DNA from: an uncultured virus (IMG/VR IMGVR_UViG_3300032326_001267)
Lineage: Duplodnaviria; Heunggongvirae; Uroviricota; Caudoviricetes
IMG/VR virus record: IMGVR_UViG_3300032326_001267
Reading direction: 5' to 3' (one strand)
Length of the DNA stretch: 20,000 nt
Part shown: positions 18,401-20,000 of the stretch, piece after piece
Layout: each line of letters begins with the position of its first letter
Numbering within the stretch: the stretch's first letter is position 1
Notes under the pieces: generated by a model
The model's input: only the letters and a program-made list of their open reading frames with translations
What the model was told of the DNA's origin: nothing
Database searches by the model: none
Program-made: the position numbers and the translations under genes

Positions 18401-18957
18401 ACAGTAACACTTGTACCAGATGAACCACTTGTACCTGAACTGCCGCTAGTTCCACTGCTTCCAGACGTTCCGCTTGAACCGCTGGTACCATTATTACCTG
18501 CCGGACCTTGTGGACCGGCCACGTTACTTGGAGCACCACTACTACCACTTGTACCACTTGAACCAGAAGTTCCGCTTGATCCACTTGTACCACTACTTCC
18601 ACTGGTACCACTTGACCCACTTGTACCAGCAGTACCAGATGAACCACTAGTTCCGCTTGATCCACTTGTACCACCTGGACCTTGTGGTCCTTGAGGACCG
18701 GCAACATTGCTTGGAGCACCACTTGAACCGGAAGTACCACTTGATCCGCTTGTGCCTGAACTACCACTAGTACCAGATGAACCAGAAGTGCCTGATGCGC
18801 CACTTATAGTTTTTGAAACAATACCACTTGCATCAACGGTCAAAAAGGTTGTATTGCTTGCGCTTGATGACAAGTTCAAAATCTGCAACGGTTGTGTTGA
18901 TGCAGATGAACTTATTATTAGACTACCTGTTACTGTGGTTGACTGTAAAATTGCCAT
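12460..18957 (-). CDS. Large tail-fibre-like protein with Ser/Thr-rich collagen-like blocks, GNVGIGT beta repeats and a C-terminal S74 intramolecular chaperone
   Basis: 2165-aa ORF with four Gly-X-Y blocks (GTSGSS, GPQGPA, GVN/GIN) and many G[NS][VLI]GIGT repeats. The C-terminus SDYRLKTNI...GFIAHEVQ...coiled coil matches Peptidase_S74. Confidence 0.88.
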   Translation of the reverse strand: MAILQSTTVTGSLIISSSASTQPLQILNLSSSASNTTFLTVDASGIVSKTISGASGTSGSSGTSGSSGTSGSSGTSGSSGAPSNVAGPQGPQGPGGTSGSSGTSGSSGTAGTSGSSGTSGSSGTSGSSGTSGSSGTSGSSGAPSNVAGPQGPAGNNGTSGSSGTSGSSGTSGSSGTSGSSGTSVTVSGLTNYVAKFNSTTTITTGSIVNLDNGSVGIGTASPATILNVSGSTRISAGELQLEGDNAALRLYRTTGINYFDWASGQNLYFGTVTSVGGGGRLNKMVLLDGGNLGIGTAVPIDKLHVLGSITAGATTSTSGNTIIQGYYNNGSLTVFGSEQSSGGPFLGYGVSPSTASAASFFSSTGISIVRSAYIQDGGTHRWYTGPTQTVAVGSLASLSERMRIDGNGNLGIGTTSGTTKLYVSGSITATDGAFISNVTAGTDRYFLNFYGTATNQIFSLYDNSSTAYLNSYNTMVFRANQLGGSGGYFVFSGANVGIGTTVPTSKLQIIAGNSPGLSTLSNNSGQYAYQYLGRTASELEFGVVGGANQFFTGTVAGDAVIKQNSTGKIHLGYGSAAPSITIDSSNNVGIGTITPTSKLNVYGSGSNLSVFKTDGSSGTLFEVTDNLSGSLFSVNTISGIPVLEVFSDNTIVAGTYGSNVLVLTGSSVGIGTSRPAARLHVSGSVEIDGLSTNATGYYLTVDNTTGVVYKSTATAAGTSGSSGTSGSSGTSGSSGTNGTSGSSGTSGSSGTSGSSGTSGSSGTSGSSGTSGSSGAPSNVAGPQGPIGPGGTSGSSGTSGSSGAPSNVAGPQGPIGPGGTSGSSGTSGSSGAPSNVAGPQGPAGTSGSSGTSGSSGTSGSSGTSGSSGTSGSSGTSVSVSGTTNNIVKFTSATTIGNTSTQFYDSGSGIGIGTIIAAQRLHVVGASILANNTSIDPDAYSNAVVAGAIADGSGWGVTSAIGGNAGLGDSWAIGHNGDNLYMATGNGSANNSFQTFLQVSGNRNLLLVPTSGNVGVGTTNPVQKFHLDGVVGNPATSGTAQGGMVRLSNTTDNAVLDIGMRSGGAGAWLQSTDETSLAANYPLLLNPNGGNVGIGTTNPLTSFAVHSANRTFDAYGNINVFTTNVSTTDMGGSIALGGENAQGTTPYVFGKIQGAKESGGTWNGYLALGTTRSTSAIVEAMRINSSGNIGIGTTAAGEKITISGNLLTFGSTGAVGTGTALYLGDTANSRDLAITRVGGSAMGIGRYFPSAWAETIRFTADGYVVINNSSQFTTGGNAQLTVLSSGVALSFGASNTDMSYIRRLSTATFQWQTISSGANNGQIHLQPYGGNVGIGTTNPNAKLNVNSSGSLAAGSIVFRVEGTSGSLFAVDDSLSGSLFSVNDISGLPILEVFSDNRVVGGTFNSNAFVITGSSVGIGTSRPAARLHVSGSVEIDGLATLSTGTFLTIDTNGIVYKSTATAAGTSGSSGTSGSSGTSGSSGAPSNVAGPQGPIGPGGTSGSSGTSGSSGAPSNVAGPQGPAGNTGPQGRQGAQGPAGVNGINGINGNNGTSGSSGTSGSSGSPSNVAGPQGPAGNTGPQGRQGAQGPAGVNGINGINGNNGTSGSSGTSGSSGSPSNVAGPQGPIGPGGTSGSSGTRGVGNWTPNFSGGVTYGTNSNTFVKATGNNATWDGQVYSTEGYARGCYMAFQAINTGTYTMVGLNTDPTLDASFASIDYCWYIQSGGGLRIYESGTDIGSYGTYTSVTQLSITYDGINIRYWKDGVVQRTVARAIGSALYLDSSFYTVSSTNGITNCVFGPMGESGTSGSSGTNGVNGINGINGNNGTSGSSGTSGSSGAPSNVAGPQGPAGNIGPQGRQGAQGPAGVNGINGINGNNGTSGSSGVNGNSGTSGSSGSPSNVAGPQGPAGNTGPQGRQGAQGPAGVNGNNGVNGVNGTSGSSGVNGVNGVNGVNGVNGTSGSSGVNGVNGVNGVNGVNGVNGTSGSSGVSSNVAGPQGPAGNIGPQGRQGAQGPAGVNGVNGVNGVNGTSGSSGSPSNVAGPQGPQGRQGPAGPQGSQSDYRLKTNIQNYNDGWGIVKNIQPKTFIRINDPLQKVESGFIAHEVQDGGLKQAVFGEKNAVDENGDPIYQSLDTWSFVPTMWSALKKAIEDIEVLKTEVDTLKEEIKVLKNN
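12802..13578 (-). repeat. Collagen-like block 4 (GPQ/GVN/GTSGSS)
   Basis: Gly-X-Y triplets interrupted by SNVA; includes perfect 9-nt tandem arrays. Confidence 0.9.
13034..13186. repeat. Perfect tandem arrays (ttaacacca)x6, x5 and x2 separated by an identical 18-mer
   Basis: Arrays at 13034-13087, 13106-13150 and 13169-13186, with spacer cttgatccacttgtaccg; encodes (GVN)n-GTSGSS. Confidence 0.95.
14056..14577 (-). repeat. Collagen-like block 3
   Basis: GTSGSS / G[AS]PSNVAGPQGP / GPQGRQGAQGPAGVNGINGIN units. Confidence 0.9.
16333..16809 (-). repeat. Collagen-like block 2
   Basis: (GTSGSS)n with three GAPSNVAGPQGP units. Confidence 0.9.
18409..18801 (-). repeat. Collagen-like block 1
   Basis: (GTSGSS)n with two GAPSNVAGPQGP units. 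Confidence 0.9.
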
Positions 18958-18967
18958 AATTCATGAT

Positions 18968-18975
18968 ATAAATAT
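18968..18975 (-). promoter_or_regulatory. Candidate phage late-promoter motif ATATTTAT
   Basis: 10 nt upstream of the fibre ATG at 18957, in a 47-nt intergenic gap. Confidence 0.5.
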
Positions 18976-19004
18976 AAAACGGTTTAGTTACTTATCATTT
19001 AAAA

Positions 19005-20000
19005 TCATTTGAATTTATTGGATAAATCCTCAATTTGTTTTTGTTGATTATCTATGATATTTTTTAATTCTTTAATACTCTGGATCAACACTGAGGTTAT
19101 TTTACCATAACTAATTGAATCATTATTAGCAGAGGTAAATTCAGGATATATTTTTGCAACTTCTTCTGCAATTAGACCAATACTATGTTCATTATTAGTT
19201 TTATAATTAAAAGATACTGGTTGTAGTTTTAAAACATTATCTAATTGGTTTGGAAGTGGTAATATATTATATTTAACTGCTTCTGTGGATGTTTCTGTTA
19301 AAGACAAACATGTAACGTTTGCGCTTACATTTAATGATCCGGTTATTATTGAACTTCCACTAACATCAAAAGTTGCGGTTGGAATTGATTTATTAATACC
19401 AACTCTACCACTACCAGTGACATATATTATATTTCCGCTAATTGGAGATTTGATATTAAATAATACGTCACTGGATGATCCTGTTATTTCTAATTTAGCA
19501 GCAGGACTACTTGTTCCTATACCAACGTTTCCTGCGCCATTGATTCTCATTCTTTCAATTGGAAGAAGTGAAGCGTCATTTGCACTTCCACTGCCAACAT
19601 TAAATGATAGAAATTCTGTTCCCCATACACCACTATCAAATCCTGTAACAATAGTTGATGTTCTTCTAGCACCAACGTCAGAAGGATAATTAAAAAATGT
19701 AGTATAAAAATCAATATAAGCTTTTCGACTTGAACCGCCATCATTTGCTCTTATTGTTAAAACTGGATTTGTGTCATTTATTTGTAATTTAGAGCCAGGA
19801 CTAATTGTACCTATACCAACTGAACCTGACGGTACTATAAAATTACCCGTTTCAATTGAAGTAACATATGGAGAAGCATTACCATCAATTTTTAAAATCA
19901 ATGTTCCATCAGCAGATAGTCCTAAAGTTTTTCCTGCGGGTCTATATATTCCAGTATTTGGTATTGTTGATATGCCTGTAACTTCAACATAACCAGATGA
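19005..20000 (-). CDS. Second tail-fibre-like protein with S74 chaperone domain; 5' end outside the window
   Basis: The frame stays open to 20000 (SSGYVEVTGISTIPNTGIYRPAGKTLGLSADGTLILKI...). It has GSVGIGT/GNVGIGT repeats and C-terminal STEAVKYNI...LQPVSFNYK...IGLIAEEV...IQSIKEL. Confidence 0.85.
   Translation of the reverse strand, partial: SSGYVEVTGISTIPNTGIYRPAGKTLGLSADGTLILKIDGNASPYVTSIETGNFIVPSGSVGIGTISPGSKLQINDTNPVLTIRANDGGSSRKAYIDFYTTFFNYPSDVGARRTSTIVTGFDSGVWGTEFLSFNVGSGSANDASLLPIERMRINGAGNVGIGTSSPAAKLEITGSSSDVLFNIKSPISGNIIYVTGSGRVGINKSIPTATFDVSGSSIITGSLNVSANVTCLSLTETSTEAVKYNILPLPNQLDNVLKLQPVSFNYKTNNEHSIGLIAEEVAKIYPEFTSANNDSISYGKITSVLIQSIKELKNIIDNQQKQIEDLSNKFK

Noticed and set aside
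12896..19012. Alternative-frame and antisense ORFs within the fibre gene (PLVPLDPL..., VVQVDQ...)
   Set aside because: They are shadows of the Gly-X-Y repeats, which lack stops in other frames; most have non-ATG starts and all lie wholly or almost wholly inside a well-supported CDS.
19285..19992. ORFs 19285+, 19547- and 19771+, and the 19901 start for the second fibre
   Set aside because: The three ORFs are shadow ORFs; the fibre frame remains open to the window edge, so 19901 is an internal TTG.
1..20000. Stop-codon reassignment (no gene here ends in TAG)
   Set aside because: All genes are intact and tightly packed under the standard code with no in-frame TAG or TGA; the absence of TAG stops is unsurprising in AT-rich DNA.

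Overview
AT-rich, gene-dense segment of a large T4-like (myovirus) bacteriophage genome, read in the standard code. From left to right it holds: three nucleotide-handling enzymes (HxGH cytidylyltransferase-like, Pol-beta-type nucleotidyltransferase, HAD phosphatase) around a gp19-like tail tube gene; a small coiled-coil protein; and a 9.3 kb divergently arranged cluster of nine glycosyltransferase-like genes plus a 2OG-Fe(II) hydroxylase. The cluster includes Aah/TibC-like protein O-heptosyltransferases, a GT34-like gene and GT2/GT-A genes. It abuts a 2165-aa fibre gene carrying four Ser/Thr-rich collagen-like (Gly-X-Y) blocks and a C-terminal S74 autocleaving chaperone, followed by a second, partial S74 fibre gene. 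The main hypothesis is a phage-encoded collagen-fibre maturation system (O-glycosylation, hydroxylation and a cleavable trimerisation domain). Family calls come from motif recognition only; no database searches were run.
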